Source: Tubiluchus corallicola (taxonomy: Eukaryota; Animalia; Priapulida). From it: a stretch of 64,000 bases of DNA. Below, piece after piece: positions 48,548-62,860 of this stretch; position 1 is the stretch's first letter, and each line of letters starts with the position of its first letter. The stretch is from the NCBI GenBank assembly GCA_030141605.1, contig JAQGDQ010002367.1:868001-932000 (forward strand), in the 5' to 3' direction. The position numbers and the translations under genes are program-made. The notes beneath the pieces are model-generated. The model saw nothing but the letters and a program-made list of their open reading frames with translations, searched no databases and was not told the DNA's origin.

Positions 48548-50818
48548 CCCATCTACAGCACTTTTAATAGTTTCTGTGTTTTCATATTTGTGATTTCACT
48601 TTTTATACTAGCACTTGAACTATAATGGAAATAACATGCATGTATCATGTTCCTTGTGTACCCATGGAAAAAATAAATGTCTATTCTATTCCATTCTGTT
48701 CTATTTAGTGTTAGCCTGTGCTGTGGCTGTGTACATCTTCTGTGGCTGCGTTAGAGGTGTAGTCATGGAAAATCGCTTAACGATTTCTCTGGCGTGTGAT
48801 TGTCTGCAAGAGATCCGGGCCTAAAAATTACATTGTGTGCAAATTACTTTCTGCTTAGTGTGAACGGGTTTCAAGTCATTTACTGTTACAAACATACGAT
48901 TATCATATTATGAGAAAGCAAATGGCGAGCGGGAATAGAGAGTTAAAACAACAAATATGACTAATTGGTCTGAATTTGCATAATGTCGTATTTCATTCGC
49001 ATATTACGAGCACAATTTGCATACGTTAAATTCTCGCTGGTTAATGACTCTATCCCTCCCGGCTTGCTGATTCGCAATATATGCGCCGCTATGATTTTGT
49101 TTGGAGAAAATACGCAAATGCTCAGGCGTGCGTGAATAATGCGTAATTATTGATCATCCGTGACTGATTCTCTTGTTAATTTTCACTTTAATTCTGCCCA
49201 CTAACGTTTATAAATCTCCAAATTAAATCACATTGGATGTAGATATTCAAGTGACTGATGTTCTATTCACCTACTCATGGCATTTTTTCTAGAAACAAAA
49301 CTACTTTAGGCATCATCAGACACCAGTTAAACACATTTATTATGTTTCGTACACTGCAGTATATGAAGCCCTCAAACTTCAAAATGGTTTGTCAACTTTA
49401 ATGTGCGCCTCTTTGGTCTCATTTCAAATCTATTTTTGGCTGTATCTATAATAGTAACCTTATAATAGTAAGAATTACTGATGCTAATTCTAATATAACA
49501 GTAATGCTAGTAACTTTATTTGAAGTGAATGGTGTCATACAAAAACTGGCATGTGCAGCACTTAATTTGACTATTTCCAAGTTTGTCTTTCTCAATTCGA
49601 TTTTCTAGTTATCTTACAATCTGATCTACATACTGATTGTCACATCTGTGACATTTGAAACTATTACTACATGGGCAAGACCAAAATGCTTAGGAGTATC
49701 TCTTTTTTTGAAAAACAAAGCAGTGGATATATTCTTTGTACATTCTAACAAAAATGGGATGAGTTTTATCAAAATTTATAACATTTCACTTAATAATTTG
49801 CTCTGAAATAATTGCGATTTTGCGATACCTAAATTCATTTTGTGTAACGCAAATTTATATTCTTAATGTCAAGAATAGTACAGCTACTGAAAAATCAAAC
49901 AAATGAAGATTTTTACAATTGTGAGATTTTTCATTAATTTACTTTACATATTAGAATATTAAGACTATATATTAGATTGACGATGGTTTTCATTCATTTA
50001 ATTACTACCTCCAACTATCCAGCGTCTTCAGCTGAAGTGTTTCTCCACAGTTAGAGAGTACAGCTTTAACCAGCTTCTATGGCTTCTCTTTGATTATATG
50101 GTTTATTTCTCTTCATGATGTTTTATTGCCCCGGAAGTGGGCCAATGGGCCATCGTGATACACACAACAAACTCTTGACTGTTTTTTTAAGGTTCTTAAG
50201 GAATATGTAATCTTCCTTTCATTAGACGCGCTTGGTAGCTTTATTCGAAAAAAGTGTCCAAATGTGGCTAGTTTAAAAAGGTAAACAGAGGGATCTAAAG
50301 TCAAATTTTTGTCACCTGTATTAATTCACATTTTTCCCACATTAGCGAAACTGTAAAAATGTAGTAATTGGATTACATTTAACTGCATTTAGTCATTAAA
50401 CGAAATTTTCCAGTTATGCGGTTTATTAGAAAAAACTCTATAGAAGCGCTTTTAAATCATCATCATTATCATTATCATCATCAACATTATCATCATCATC
50501 ATAATCATCGGCATCATCATGACCACCATCATCACACCGCCGTAGCGACCATCATCTGTTTCTGTTTATCTGTATTTGAGTGTACTTTACTATGTTTCTT
50601 AGAGGTTGTAAGAATTACGATAAGAAAACCATAAGTTGTCAGAAAGCACAAAATTTCAATATAGTCAATTTCTATTTTTTTTTGCTTTATTTTTTATCCG
50701 CTGTGCCACAATTTAATTTGCAGACTCAACAATGTATTGCAACTTGAAATTGCAATTTAAATGTGATCAGTATAATATAATTATAGCCTTTTACATTTGA
50801 GTTTTCTGTTTTTTGCAG

Positions 50819-50889
50819 GTGTCAATAGTTAGTTGGCAATTTATAGCTGCTATGGATCATGCAGACTGTCCTAGAAAGACAGCACATAT
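50819..50889 (+). CDS. PGAP6: PGAP6/TMEM8 exon (VSIVSWQFIAAMDHADCPRKTAHI)
   Basis: ttttgcag / gtaagt, phase 0-2. Conserved W and C positions. Confidence 0.85.
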
Positions 50890-51500
50890 GTAAGTAATGC
50901 TATGAAATCTAGGAACCCTTCTGCTATAGGTGAAAGAAACACTTTAATGGTTTTATTTTTAGACTGTATTTACAATGTTCATGCACACTTACTTCTTAAA
51001 TTATTATCAGTTGAATGGTGTTTATTTTTCTAAATTATGAAAGTTGAACTGAAATGTTCATGTGAAACATTTCAATCACCGGCAATCCGTAGTTGGCTGC
51101 GCAGGCTTAAGCCTACTCTTTGAGTATAAGTACTTTTTGCAGTGGTAATAGAAAACGTAAAGTATTTGCAACACATTTAGGACAAAATAAATGGTATTTC
51201 GTTGTATTTTGCAAATTGTCAAAATAGGACAATGTGCTATTTAATAAAATATTTTTGATTTCCTCGCTTTTTCCTAGGTACAATTATCTTTGTGTTCATT
51301 TTGGACATTGGTGGAAAAAGTTATGTATGTAAATTTCGCGAACAGGAAATAAAAATTTTATGCAAATTAATTTTGCAAATATAATAACCACTCGTAGCAC
51401 TTGTGTTGTTTTAGTACTTCTGACTTCCAGCTGCAGTTGTGTGGTGCCATCTGCTGTCCGCTGACACAAAGTATTGGCATGTTTCTGTTTTATTTTTCAG

Positions 51501-51717
51501 AGCACTTAAGCATGGTACGTATCCTGTTGTAGATCCTTTCAATTCTTCATTTCCACCAGATGTATATATTGATACTCAAAAAATTTATCAACTTGAAACC
51601 ACAGCTTCGTATTTACCGGAAACTTCGCTGGGCTTCAGTATTATTAATCCTCAGCCTGGGAGCTGGTTTGCCATTGCCTACTTACCCCCACCTGGCGGCG
51701 AGGAAATAAAACAACAG
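51501..51717 (+). CDS. PGAP6: PGAP6/TMEM8 exon (ALKHGTYPVVDPFNSSFP...NPQPGSWFAIAYLP..IKQQ)
   Basis: tttttcag / gtaggc. Motifs GxxPVxxP..SFP and PxPGxWF of TMEM8A/B. Confidence 0.93.
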
Positions 51718-52077
51718 GTAGGCATTTACACTGTTTATTAGCACATGAACTAAAAGCTTTGCCATGTTTTCACTGGTAAAACGTTAAACTCTTAAAAAGT
51801 GTTTTGTAAAATTTTGTGCTTATCGTTTACTTGATGGTGAACAGTTTTTATTTATTTATTTGTACCATTCATTCGTACTCTTATACTGTACAACAAATAA
51901 ACAAAAAAAAACACAATGCACGATAAGAATTATGATATAAATTAGTTCAAACTGTTGAAATTGCAATTAAACATATGCATATTGTGAGCCACAAAACTTA
52001 ATTTTTTGCTTTACTTACATTCTACATGTTACTGTATTGTATTTGTTTTACGTGATGGTTGTTTTTATATTTTACAG

Positions 52078-52211
52078 GGTATAGGTTTAAGTTGTAAATA
52101 TAGTTTAGGATCTCTCGCACTGTGGTCACCATCAGAAGATATTACTCTGCTAGTCTCAGACAGGACGGTGCAGCAAACTCTGTCATACAAGGAGCTGTAC
52201 TCTTATTTTAA
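52078..52211 (+). CDS. PGAP6: PGAP6/TMEM8 exon (GIGLSCKYSLGS...YSYFK)
   Basis: tttacag / gtaagc, phase 0-2. Confidence 0.9.
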
Positions 52212-53204
52212 GTAAGCTTTGTTAAGTAACTATGTTTTAGCATCTGCTGTATGTCTATACTGCTTTGATAAGATTTCTCAAATAAATGGCTCTGTATGTT
52301 ATTACAGTTATTTGGGGGGTTACCACTTTTACATTTATTTTTTGCATGCACACAGGGGTACAACCAGGTTTGAAAGTTTGGGAGTGCAAGCACATAAAAA
52401 ATGTGTCGTGACACGTAAAGCAAGTATATGTTTGTCTATGCCATAACGAACAGTAGCAATTTGATCCTTGGTTCAATCAGTCAACCTTGACAAATGAGTT
52501 ACATAAATGCACACTCATTTTGAAAACACAGGAGGCAGGTTGGTCAAGTAAAAGTAATGACTCCAGAAAATTCCTCCAAGGCCATGCAATTAAAAAAATA
52601 TAAAAGATTCGACTTTTATTGCACAAGTAAAAAACTGTTGAAAAGGCACTGATTTTGAAAAATACATTCCTGGAATGGGTTGCTCCCCTTACTCCTTTAT
52701 TAGCTACACAACTGTATGCACAGCATACACAAAATTTGTATGAAAAGCAAGTCAAGCAAAAATTTATGAAACACGAAAACATTTTTTACTAGCCAGCTGT
52801 AAGCGTTTTGTTATACTTTATTGTTTGTCTAAATCAAGAAATACTTTCAGTACTTTGTAGTTGCCTGTATTGTTTATATAAATTATTGATATGACCTTAC
52901 TTAAAAAAAGCTTACTCTGCAAGACTAATATAGTTATTATTTCATTTTTGTATTGAAAATACATAGCTGCCTTGCTTTGAATTATTCCTGAAATGGCAGG
53001 GAAAATTCAGCAAATAAAACTGCCATTGTGTCTCTAAATTCAAATTAAACTCATCATTAACCATTAAGTAGTATTTGAGATTATTAGTCTGTAGATGGCA
53101 CTGCATGCACTGCATGGCTACTTGTTTGATCTGATTCTTAGAAGGAATTAATAAGTAAGTTGGTCACTGAATCTTTAGATGTGCTTGTTGGCACATGGCA
53201 CTCT

Positions 53205-53590
<386 letters not shown>

Positions 53591-53725
53591 TGTATGTCAT
53601 GTTTGGATGGCAATTGATGCATATATGTTACATTAGTTTGCTGACTGCACTGTTTAGACTGTATAGACTATATTGAACACAACTAATGACAGTTGAATTA
53701 TAACATTTTTCTGTTTCCCTTGCAG

Positions 53726-53997
53726 ATTTTATGTGCCAGAATCAGCTTTCTCATTCAGTGTGATCGTCAGCAACTGTTTTCTTCCAAACAACGGTAGCCA
53801 AATACCATGCAATTTAATATACAGCCTCCGTGGTGGAGCTTTTCCATACTTGGACACCGATGCCGTCTGGTGCAATACTAGTCAACCCTGTAAATTTGAT
53901 CAAACTCATCCAGAGCTTGAGAAATATTATTATGTAACTGTAAAGAAAGTGAAACACGATATTGAGATCGGATTCTCGATATCAGTTTCATTAGTAG
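53726..53997 (+). CDS. PGAP6: PGAP6/TMEM8 exon (FYVPESAFSFSVIVSNC...FSISVSLV)
   Basis: ttcccttgcag / gtaatt, phase 2-1. KFYVP motif and conserved cysteines. Confidence 0.9.
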
Positions 53998-54481
53998 GTA
54001 ATTTCATGTTTCATATCATAATTTCCAAGTTTCAGATTTTTACTGTGATCCAATTATTATAATTATACAAATAACTTTAGGAACACTGTTAGTGCAGGTG
54101 ATGTTATTCACTTAGAAAACCAATTCTTTTCAGAGAAGCTTAAAAACTGTATTACTCTGTATTATAATTTGTAAAACAACTGTTTTATTTAGAAATGTAC
54201 AGGTAGTCGCCAATTTACGACGTGTGAAACTCATCACCATTCTACGGAAACGCAACTTAATTAATGAACGATACAAAACTATTAATAACTCCTATTTCCT
54301 TCTTTTTTTAAGTAAATTAATTTTTAAATGCCACCTTATCACCCATGAACGGTGCCATACTTAGTGCACAACATCTTCCATCTAGGGGCACACCACTTGA
54401 ACATACAGGTCTGACTTGTGTCCAAATTACCTTACAGTCAATTCACCAGAACCGGTCGTGGTCGTAAGCCAACAACTGTAC

Positions 54482-55936
54482 TGTGCTTTTTGTGTGAATG
54501 TGTTACCTGTATTGTGTTTTTCTGTTTGAATGTGTTACCTGTATTGTGTTTTTTGTTTGAATGTGTTACCTGTATTGTGTTTTTTGTTTGAACGTGTTAC
54601 CTGTATTGTGTTTTTTTGTTTGAATGTGTTACCTGTTTTGTGTTTTTTTGTTTGAATGTGTTACCTGTATTGTGTTTTTTTGTGTGAATGTGTTACCTGT
54701 ATTGTGTTTTTTTTTTGTTTGAATGTGTTACCTGTATTGTGTTTTTTGTTTGAATGTGTTACCTGTATTGTGTTTTTTGTTTGAGTGTGTTACCTGTATT
54801 GTGTTTTTTGTTTGAATGTGTTACCTGTATTGTGTTTTTTGTTTGAATGTGTTACCTGTATTGTGTTTTTTGTTTGAATGTGTTACCTGTATTGTGTTTT
54901 TTGTTTGAATGTGTTACCTGTATTGTGTTTTTTTGTTTGAATGTGTTACCTGTATTGTGTTTTTTGTTTGAATGTGTTACCTGTATTGTGTTTTTTGTTT
55001 GAATGTGTTACCTGTATTGTGTTTTTTGTTTGAATGTGTTACCTGTGTTACCTGTATTGTGTTTTTTGTTTGAATGTGTTACCTGTATTGTGTTTTTTGT
55101 TTGAATGTGTTACCTGTATTGTGTTTTTTGTTTGAATGTGTTACCTGTATTGTGTTTTTTTGTTTGAATGTGTTACCACCTGTATTGTGTTTTTTGTTTG
55201 AATGTGTTACCTGTATTGTGTTTTTTTTGTTTGAATGTGTTACCTGTATTGTGTTTTTTGTTTGAATGTGTTACCTGTATTGTGTTTTTTGTTTGAATGT
55301 GTTACCTGTATTGTGTTTTTTGTTTGAATGTGTTACCTGTATTGTGTTTTTTGTTTGAATGTGTTACCTGTATTGTGTTTTTTGTTCGAATGTGTTACCT
55401 GTATTGTGTTTTTTGTTTGAATGTGTTACCTGTATTGTGTTTTTTGTTTGAATGTATTACCTGTATTGTGTTTTTTGTTTGAATGTGTTACCTGTATTGT
55501 GTTTTTTTCTTTGAATGTGTTACCACCTGTATTGTGTTTTTTGTTTGAATGTGTTACCTGTATTGTGTTTTTTTGTGTGAATGTGTTACCTGTATTGTGT
55601 TTTTTTTGTTTGAATGTGTTACCTGTATTGTGTTTTTTGTTTGAATGTGTTACCTGTATTGTGTTTTTTGTTTGAGTGTGTTACCTGTATTGTGTTTTTT
55701 GTTTGAATGTGTTACCTGTATTGTGTTTTTTTGTTTGAATGTGTTACCACCTGTATTGTGTTTTTTGTTTGAATGTGTTACCTGTATTGTGTTTTTTGTT
55801 TGAATGTGTTACCTGTATTGTGTTTTTTGTTTGAATGTGTTACCTGTGTTACCTGTATTGTGTTTTTTGTTTGAATGTGTTACCTGTATTGCGTTTTTTG
55901 TGTGACTGTGTTACTTGGATTGTGTTTTTGTGTTTG
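54482..55936. repeat. 31-bp tandem satellite, ~45 units (TGTTTGAATGTGTTACCTGTATTGTGTTTTT)
   Basis: Period 31 (54791, 54822, 54853). Variation is mainly in T-run length. Confidence 0.97.
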
Positions 55937-56587
55937 ACCAACACATATTGCATAACCCTCACTATAGTATGGGCTTTTGCAACTTAAAATCCTGCTTTCA
56001 TTACAGGTTTTCAATTTGTTTTATTATAAACTTACTGTAAAACTTGTTTCTTTTAATTTTTTATCATTTCATTGTTAATGGTACTAAATTTAAAGAATGC
56101 GTCTTTTTTGTTGCACGAGACAAATGGCGTTATGAGTACAGTCACGAGGTCACCAAAGATCAGTAAACAAACATTATTAAGCAGTGGTGTTTTCTGTACC
56201 TTGTACATCATTCATGTTCACTCGTGCAAAAGTCGCAAAACGTGGCTATCTTTATGGTAATGCATGTGTTCGAAATTTGCCAGAAAAAGGTAAGTTATTT
56301 AGTTTATAAGTCTCTGTTGTTTAATAATAACTATGAATTCTTTGTGTAATCGTAATCATGCGTTAAAAACCGTTTATGTCTGTTGGGGTTGTATAGGTCT
56401 TCAAATGAATTAAAACTTTACTAGGGCTATTGTAGGCAGTTCATCAGAAATTTATTAAACTGAGACAGATGTCATAGCACTTGTTGCTTGACAGCTTCAC
56501 TTTGCTTGTTTAATATGTAAAATTAAAGACTTTGTTCACATTCTACAAGTGTTTTTAAATCAGTTTGTTAATATTGATAATTTTTAG

Positions 56588-56979
56588 TTTGCAGATACTC
56601 TCATCACATTGAGGCGGTAGAAGCAAAGTATCCGATCATCAGTAACTTTGTGCATACTGAATCAAGTACTGTTATTTTCCATGAAAATGTGACTCATCCT
56701 AAACTCTATCCGGGCATTCACGTTTTAGTGAATAAAACTAGTGCAGCCGTGCACAAGCCAAAAATTGGACCTCTGTGCGAGCCAATATTACCGCTAGTCA
56801 GATTTAAGCATGTAGGCGACTTTTCGGACACATTTATTATATATCAAGACTCTCGCTACACCAAGGTTGTGAAAGTTTCCGATAAAACTGTGTCGCCTTT
56901 TGTTTTTGAGCTGTTGTCATTTGTGGACATCGGCGGAACTCTAAAATTTCAGTTTTCATTTGATGAAGTTAATATGATA
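56588..56979 (+). CDS. PGAP6: PGAP6/TMEM8 exon (VCRYSHH...FVDIGGTLKFQFSFDEVNMI)
   Basis: ttttttag / gtaagt, phase 1-0. DxGGTL motif. Confidence 0.9.
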
Positions 56980-57942
56980 GTAAGTTTAATACAGTGTAAT
57001 ATACTGTATTCAGAATACTAGTTTATTACATCACACTTTATCTATAAACTGTACATTTTAATAATTATGAATGCTACACATTATCAAAATAAGATTATTT
57101 GTTAATTTTTATATATTGATAATTTCAATTTCATCTAAAAAACTTAGCATTTCAAACAATATTACAGTGTTGGATAATTCTGAGTAATTTAGGTCTTTAC
57201 TAATCTGCAAAAACTATTACAAAAATCCCAAAACTATACTATTATTATTGTAATGCCAGCCAATTCATCCTGGTGACTTGTTCTTATTGCCATTACTTGT
57301 TTGATGTTAATCACTGAGTTAATGTTTGATGGTGTAAATTATTATTATGCTTTTTTACTTTCTGTAAGGTTGACACTGATACTAGACCCAATAATTTCTT
57401 CAACTCCTATACCAAAGGAAAAAGTAGTTAGAAAATTGCATCGCCATGTGTGCCATGATTGCTGCACTACAAATCTCGTTGACAATTTCTACAGAGTTCT
57501 ATAGACACCTTTAATTGAAAAGACAAAACTAAGCATCAGCATGTCATAGACCTTTATTAGGCTTATGCAAATTTCCTAACCTTTGGTTTTTTTGCTGTAA
57601 ATCCCTTATTACACATACTGTTATGTCTGTTTAAGAAGTCAGTAAGCAGTGTTTTCTTTTCAAAAATAATCCAACTAAAGCAGCGTTTATCTAACATCTG
57701 GAATATGTATGCATTATGCTTTATCCACCTGTGGAATAGTTGCAGAATAAAAGTCAATTGGAAACAGTTGGATAAAAAAATAATGCATAACTCAGGTCTG
57801 ATAAACGGGTGCGTTGGAAACAATATAAACCGATTTTATCTATTCTATTCTGCATCCACATAATGCATAAACATTCTGGATGCTAGATGAATGCCACTTA
57901 ATCCTAAGCAAATACATAGTTTAGCATACTATATTGTTGTAG

Positions 57943-58157
57943 AATGCGACTACACAGCAAATTGTCATCGTTGCTTGCTTGAGGCAGCAAGGATTACCTC
58001 GATACAAAGATCACAAGCTGCAATGTGAGAAAAATATGATGTTGATTATTGATTCTGGAAAGAACATCATGTCCCAGAAGAAGCTCTTTCCGTATCCGGA
58101 TCCGGGAAAGTGGTACTTCATGTTGCAGACATCATGCTACATTAAAACACCAACCTT
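57943..58157 (+). CDS. PGAP6: PGAP6/TMEM8 exon (NATTQQIVIVACLR...PYPDPGKWYFMLQTSC)
   Basis: ttgttgtag / gtatgc, phase 0-2. PYPxxGxWY motif. Confidence 0.9.
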
Positions 58158-58676
58158 GTATGCAACTTATTATTATGATTTCATAATTTTGTGTAGCTGT
58201 TTTTATCTTAAATTTACTACTTAATGTGTTTAGCCTTTAGTGTGATAATTTTGCCAGTCCTTCACGGTACAAATATAAAACCAAATTTTTTAATCTTGTT
58301 AATATTTTTTAAAATATCACAATTTAGGGCTTTGTTTTAAGTGCTTTGGAAAAAAAATGTTGACAGTTACAATGCAGCAGCTTTGTTGTTTTACCGTGAA
58401 ATACATTTTCAATACAACAAAATGAGTTATATCCTTGTTAGTAATGCACAGCAGAATGCAACGATTTGATATAAAACAATGCAAACTTTTAACAGTAGTA
58501 TTACAATTCAACTTAATTTGCATACAGTAACTTACTGGATAGAATTGCTGGGAAATTCCTGATCTGCTCCACAGTTTTACTTTATTATTGCTCCATTAAA
58601 CAGTGTGAAATTCTATATAGCACTAATCAATCTAAAGTTTTTAGCTGAAAGACAACTTAAAGATGATGTTTTGCAG

Positions 58677-58828
58677 AGAAAGGATACCAGTTGCTTGCAG
58701 CAAGCCAGTATCAGTAAAGCTTGACGTGCGGACCAGTGCCTGTGATGACCATTATTGTGGTAAATATGGTGTATGTCCGGAATCTCATCGTGGTCAATTC
58801 TATTTCACATCCTGCTCTTGTTTAGTCG
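58677..58828 (+). CDS. PGAP6: PGAP6/TMEM8 exon, EGF-like domain (CDDHYCGKYGVC...SCSCLV)
   Basis: ttttgcag / gtgagt, phase 2-1. CGxYGxC...CxC. Confidence 0.93.
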
Positions 58829-58925
58829 GTGAGTACATTGCCAGCCATTGAAGTATTAGAGCATTTATCAATGTGTTTTATTTACAGAATACATTGTTCT
58901 TGGCAAGTGGTATGTTTATGGCTAA

Positions 58926-59313
58926 TAAGCCTTTTCACAGTTTCAGCAATTGATGATGATAGTGAAAAGGTCAAAGGTTAAATGAACCAGACAACACATT
59001 TGTGTACACTTGAGAATGCCTCACGGCCCCATACTATTGTAATAGTAACAGTTTTAACAGCTAGCTAGACCCTAGCCTAGTTCATTTTTTCTTGTTCCCA
59101 AGTAAGATCCTCTTAATAAATCACTCTACACATAGACTAATGCATAGACCAAAGTCCACATAAAACTACTGAAGTTTATTGAACTTATATGGCATTTGGC
59201 TTTGCTTTACACATGTCATGTTATGGTTGTAGTTAAGACGCGTTGCTTGGGTTCACTTAGTCTTTGACCTACAGCAACTGCACGTGCACACAACGAAACT
59301 GTTAAAAGGTTTA
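58926..59313 (-). mobile_element. MITE family A copy 3 (inverted), PGAP6 intron
   Basis: Reverse-complement homolog of 2404-2828. Confidence 0.8.
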
Positions 59314-59649
59314 TTTATTTAATGTTTAATTTTCATATTAGAGTTGGATGTAGATCTTCAAAATTTACATCTATAGATTCAATACTTAAGTGTCAGAATT
59401 TAGAAAGTTGGTGGTTAAAGAGTCAATAAGTTCTTGTGGAGCCACATTTTATTTTTATTTTGTTTTTGTGACATTTAACGGATTCTTATAAATGATTGTT
59501 TGTTCAACAATTTTATTTAGTTTCGTTGACAACAAACAATCATTATAGACTAATGTTTCTTTTAAAGGATTTTTGTTGACAAGCCTCTTCAGAATGAGTG
59601 CTTACAGGTTGTATTAAGACAACTATATTAGGATCTGATATAAAGATTA

Positions 59650-60330
59650 GTCAAGTGCCAATATTGTAAATGCAAGCTGATAATGCACAAAGATTTTTGC
59701 CGCTTTGATTGAGAAAACGTCGTTTGAGGCTCATAACTACTGTCCAGCCCGATGCGATGCATGGGAGTTCATTTTCTATCAGAGTTACTTTCATCAACTT
59801 TAATGATACAATCCCTGGCACCAACTCAATTTGCATTTACTTCTTGGTTACCTCCATTTCTGTATTGCTGCTTTAGTTTAAACATAGCTTTATTGATTAA
59901 CAAAGAATTACAATATGGCTTGACTAGACAGTTTTACAACTGATAGACATTGTTGCTAATAGGACGTAACACTTAGAAGAGTGCAGATAATAAATGAAGA
60001 GTAGAAGCTTTATAGTATGAGTACTTACAGTATAGATCAAAGCTATACATTGTTGCTTTGAACCTAGACAATGTTGATATTGGCACTTAATTTCTCCATA
60101 TACTTCCTGTGAAATCAGTTTGGCGATTTCAAAACTAATCTGTTATGATGCACTTAACAGAATAAAAAACTGCCAGCAACTTTTAGCTGGTTAGTTGTGG
60201 GAGAGAGAATATTATAAGTTGTCAAAGCGTCACAATAACATATTAAAATGTTGTCAAACTTGTCAAGTTAGATGCACAAGCTGCTGAAATTTGAAATCTT
60301 AATGATTTTGCCTACCATCTGAAAGTCACC
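59650..60330 (-). pseudogene. Decayed hAT (Charlie/Buster-like) transposase relic
   Basis: Minus-strand fragments in the expected order: SAS*QISFEIAK, PISNNV, KVDES (compare ASYxxAxxIAK, PLSNNT, QLDESTD). Confidence 0.4.
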
Positions 60331-60817
60331 CTGAAAAAGAGGTCTTTGTAAGATGCAGAGTTATACAGCTTTCTTGAAGTCTGTCAGTACACTTTATAAG
60401 CTTGTCCATAATACATGGTTACTTTCTGCTTTCTCTCGCAACTGCTTCTCTTGAAGCGTTTTTCTATTGGATACAACGATTCCCAACCTTTAAGTTTATT
60501 AATTGGTTATTACATTTTTTTTGTAATGCAGTGTTAATGACATCAACATATTTTAAATAAGAAATGGGGAGTAAAAAGTGTTTGTCATAATGGCATTATT
60601 TAAATAGCTTAGGCTTACAGACAGTATACGATTGTACACTTATGATAATGGTTTAATTAGGCTTTGTTACAATGTTTAATGTTGCATGGCTGTCGCATCT
60701 TTTTCCCCCATCTTGACAATTTCACACTGACACTCATTACATAAATATACTATGAATATCATTAGCTATAAGCATCATTTCAGAGATGGTACATTTGTGA
60801 TCAGTGCTCCTTGCCGT

Positions 60818-61400
60818 GTTTAAGTTTAAGTTTAAGTTTATTTATTTTTGCACACTGTAAAATTCATATAAATATTTACTCGAATGCTGTACAGAAAAAA
60901 ATGCATAAAGCCAAAACTAAAATGACGTTTTAAAACAGTCAAACAATACAAGATTTCACAAAAAAATTAGTAAAATTAAAATTAAAATATAGAATAAAAA
61001 ATTCTATTATAAAATGATTTATGAAGCTGTTGGGAAAAACAGTTCACTCTACACAAGATTGCATTTTGAAATATAAGAATCACAGTAAAAGCACATATTT
61101 CAGTCACAATAAGAAGAATAAAATTCAGTTTGGTTATAGTCTCCAAAAGGTATTCAGTTGTACCCTTGCATGAATAAATGCATCTTTAAAATGTGTCTAA
61201 ACTTTTCAAAGTTTTCACAAACATAATTGTGTAATTACTGGATTGGCTGTAAATTGCACTTGACATGGTTACAAGTTCTACGAAAGAGTGATTTATCATT
61301 CCATGTTAACTGCAAAATAATGTCCATCAGTTTTCATTTTCAAATATAATTTTGACAGAGATGTGAACTGTCATCTTATTTAATAATCTTAGCCATATTC
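60818..61400 (-). mobile_element. Decayed LINE 3' end (CR1/L2-like)
   Basis: The minus strand ends in AATAAATAA plus a short (ACTTAA)n tail. Upstream peptide HFKDAFIHA resembles the FKNSFIPA C-terminus. Confidence 0.35.
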
Positions 61401-62359
61401 TGTCATCCCACTCTATCCACACACATACACATAATGCTTTCATGGTACATTGCTCATTTACTCATTTTCTTCCATAAACAACAATTACCCCGCTATTAAG
61501 TTCATATATTATGCACTTAATTGGGCAGGTAGCTGACGAGCAGGTAACAGGTGTTGCTTGTGGGTGGGAGCAGAGCTTAACAAAGCAAGCATCAGAAATT
61601 ATTTAGTGGGATGATGTTCTGGCTCTAGTGTGGAGCTCTTTCTCTACCTGTGTCATTTATTGCGTGGACAGTGGTGTATGTGTATGAGAAATGGCTTGGC
61701 TTCAGCAGATTTCTAGTTTCTTGTTAAACAGTGTATCTAATGCCACTGCTGATGTTGTGGAAGAAGTTGTGGCAGAAAACGTTACAAGCTTGTATGAGCA
61801 AGACCAGGGTAATGCTTGTTTATGCCTAGAAATAAAGGTTTAATGAAGACCAGAATCAGTGAATGAAGTAGGATAATGAAGTGAAGGAAAAAGCAAGGAA
61901 GAAAGAGGAGAAAAACAGGACAAACAAGAGAGAGAGAGAGAGAGAGAGAAGGAAAAGTATAGAGAAAAGAGACAGAAGAATAAAAAGACTGGGATAGCAA
62001 AAAGAGAATGGCTGTTTTAGAATAATATATTTAAAAGAAATTACATCATTTACCTTTGGATGAGTTATTGTTATATGATAATAACTTCAAAGAAGTGATA
62101 TTGAAAAATCCTTCCAACTTCATTCACCAGTACATTTCGGTTATTGATTAACCCGAGAAATTGAAAAACGCATTGCCAAAAGCTCCTCAACAAAAGTAGC
62201 ATCTGCATTAGAAATTTTATGCTTCTTGATCATTCTCAGTAGGCATGCAGAATGCAGCCTGACGGTTTCATTGAATTAGTTCTATGTTAGCTTCGTGTCA
62301 AACCGGAATTATAATATTTAATGAATAATACATGAAAAATAACGTATCAGCCCCTAGGA

Positions 62360-62770
62360 ATCAACATGTTTATTGAGCGTATACTATTGTTTCGAATATC
62401 ATGGCCATTTTCAGTACTATAAATCGAGCCAAAAAAGGAATAATTAGTATATCGACAATACTAATATATAAAAGTTCAAAATGACATTACAAATTCACTA
62501 GATTGGAATTTAAATTGTCAAAATAAACTTGGATGTAAATAGAAGAAATTGTAATAAAAATATAAAAAATGTTTGTCTTATATATGAGATTCAAAAAAGA
62601 TCATAACACGGTAATGTTAATTCGTAATGACATTTTGTGCCTTTATATTTTAGTATCCTACTAAAATCTGTCGTTGTACTAATTATTTCTTTTTTGGTTT
62701 TATTTATAGTATTGAAAATGGCCATTATAGCTGAAACGATCATCTACGCTCAATAAACATGTTAATGATT
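62360..62770. mobile_element. Foldback / long-TIR MITE
   Basis: ~140-bp imperfect inverted arms (62360-62498 vs 62615-62768). Outer AACATGTTTATTGAGCGTA / TACGCTCAATAAACATGTT is exact. Confidence 0.8.
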
Positions 62771-62860
62771 AATAGATTTCTACTAGGTGTGTTCATCTAG
62801 AAGCCAACTGTTAATTACATAACCATTAATCGTTAAATAATTATCATATCATTGTTTTAG

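Noticed and set aside
54482-55936. CRISPR array, or the Cys/Phe-rich ORFs 55074-55675
   Set aside because: Head-to-tail repeats with no unique spacers and no cas genes; the ORFs are translations of the repeat.
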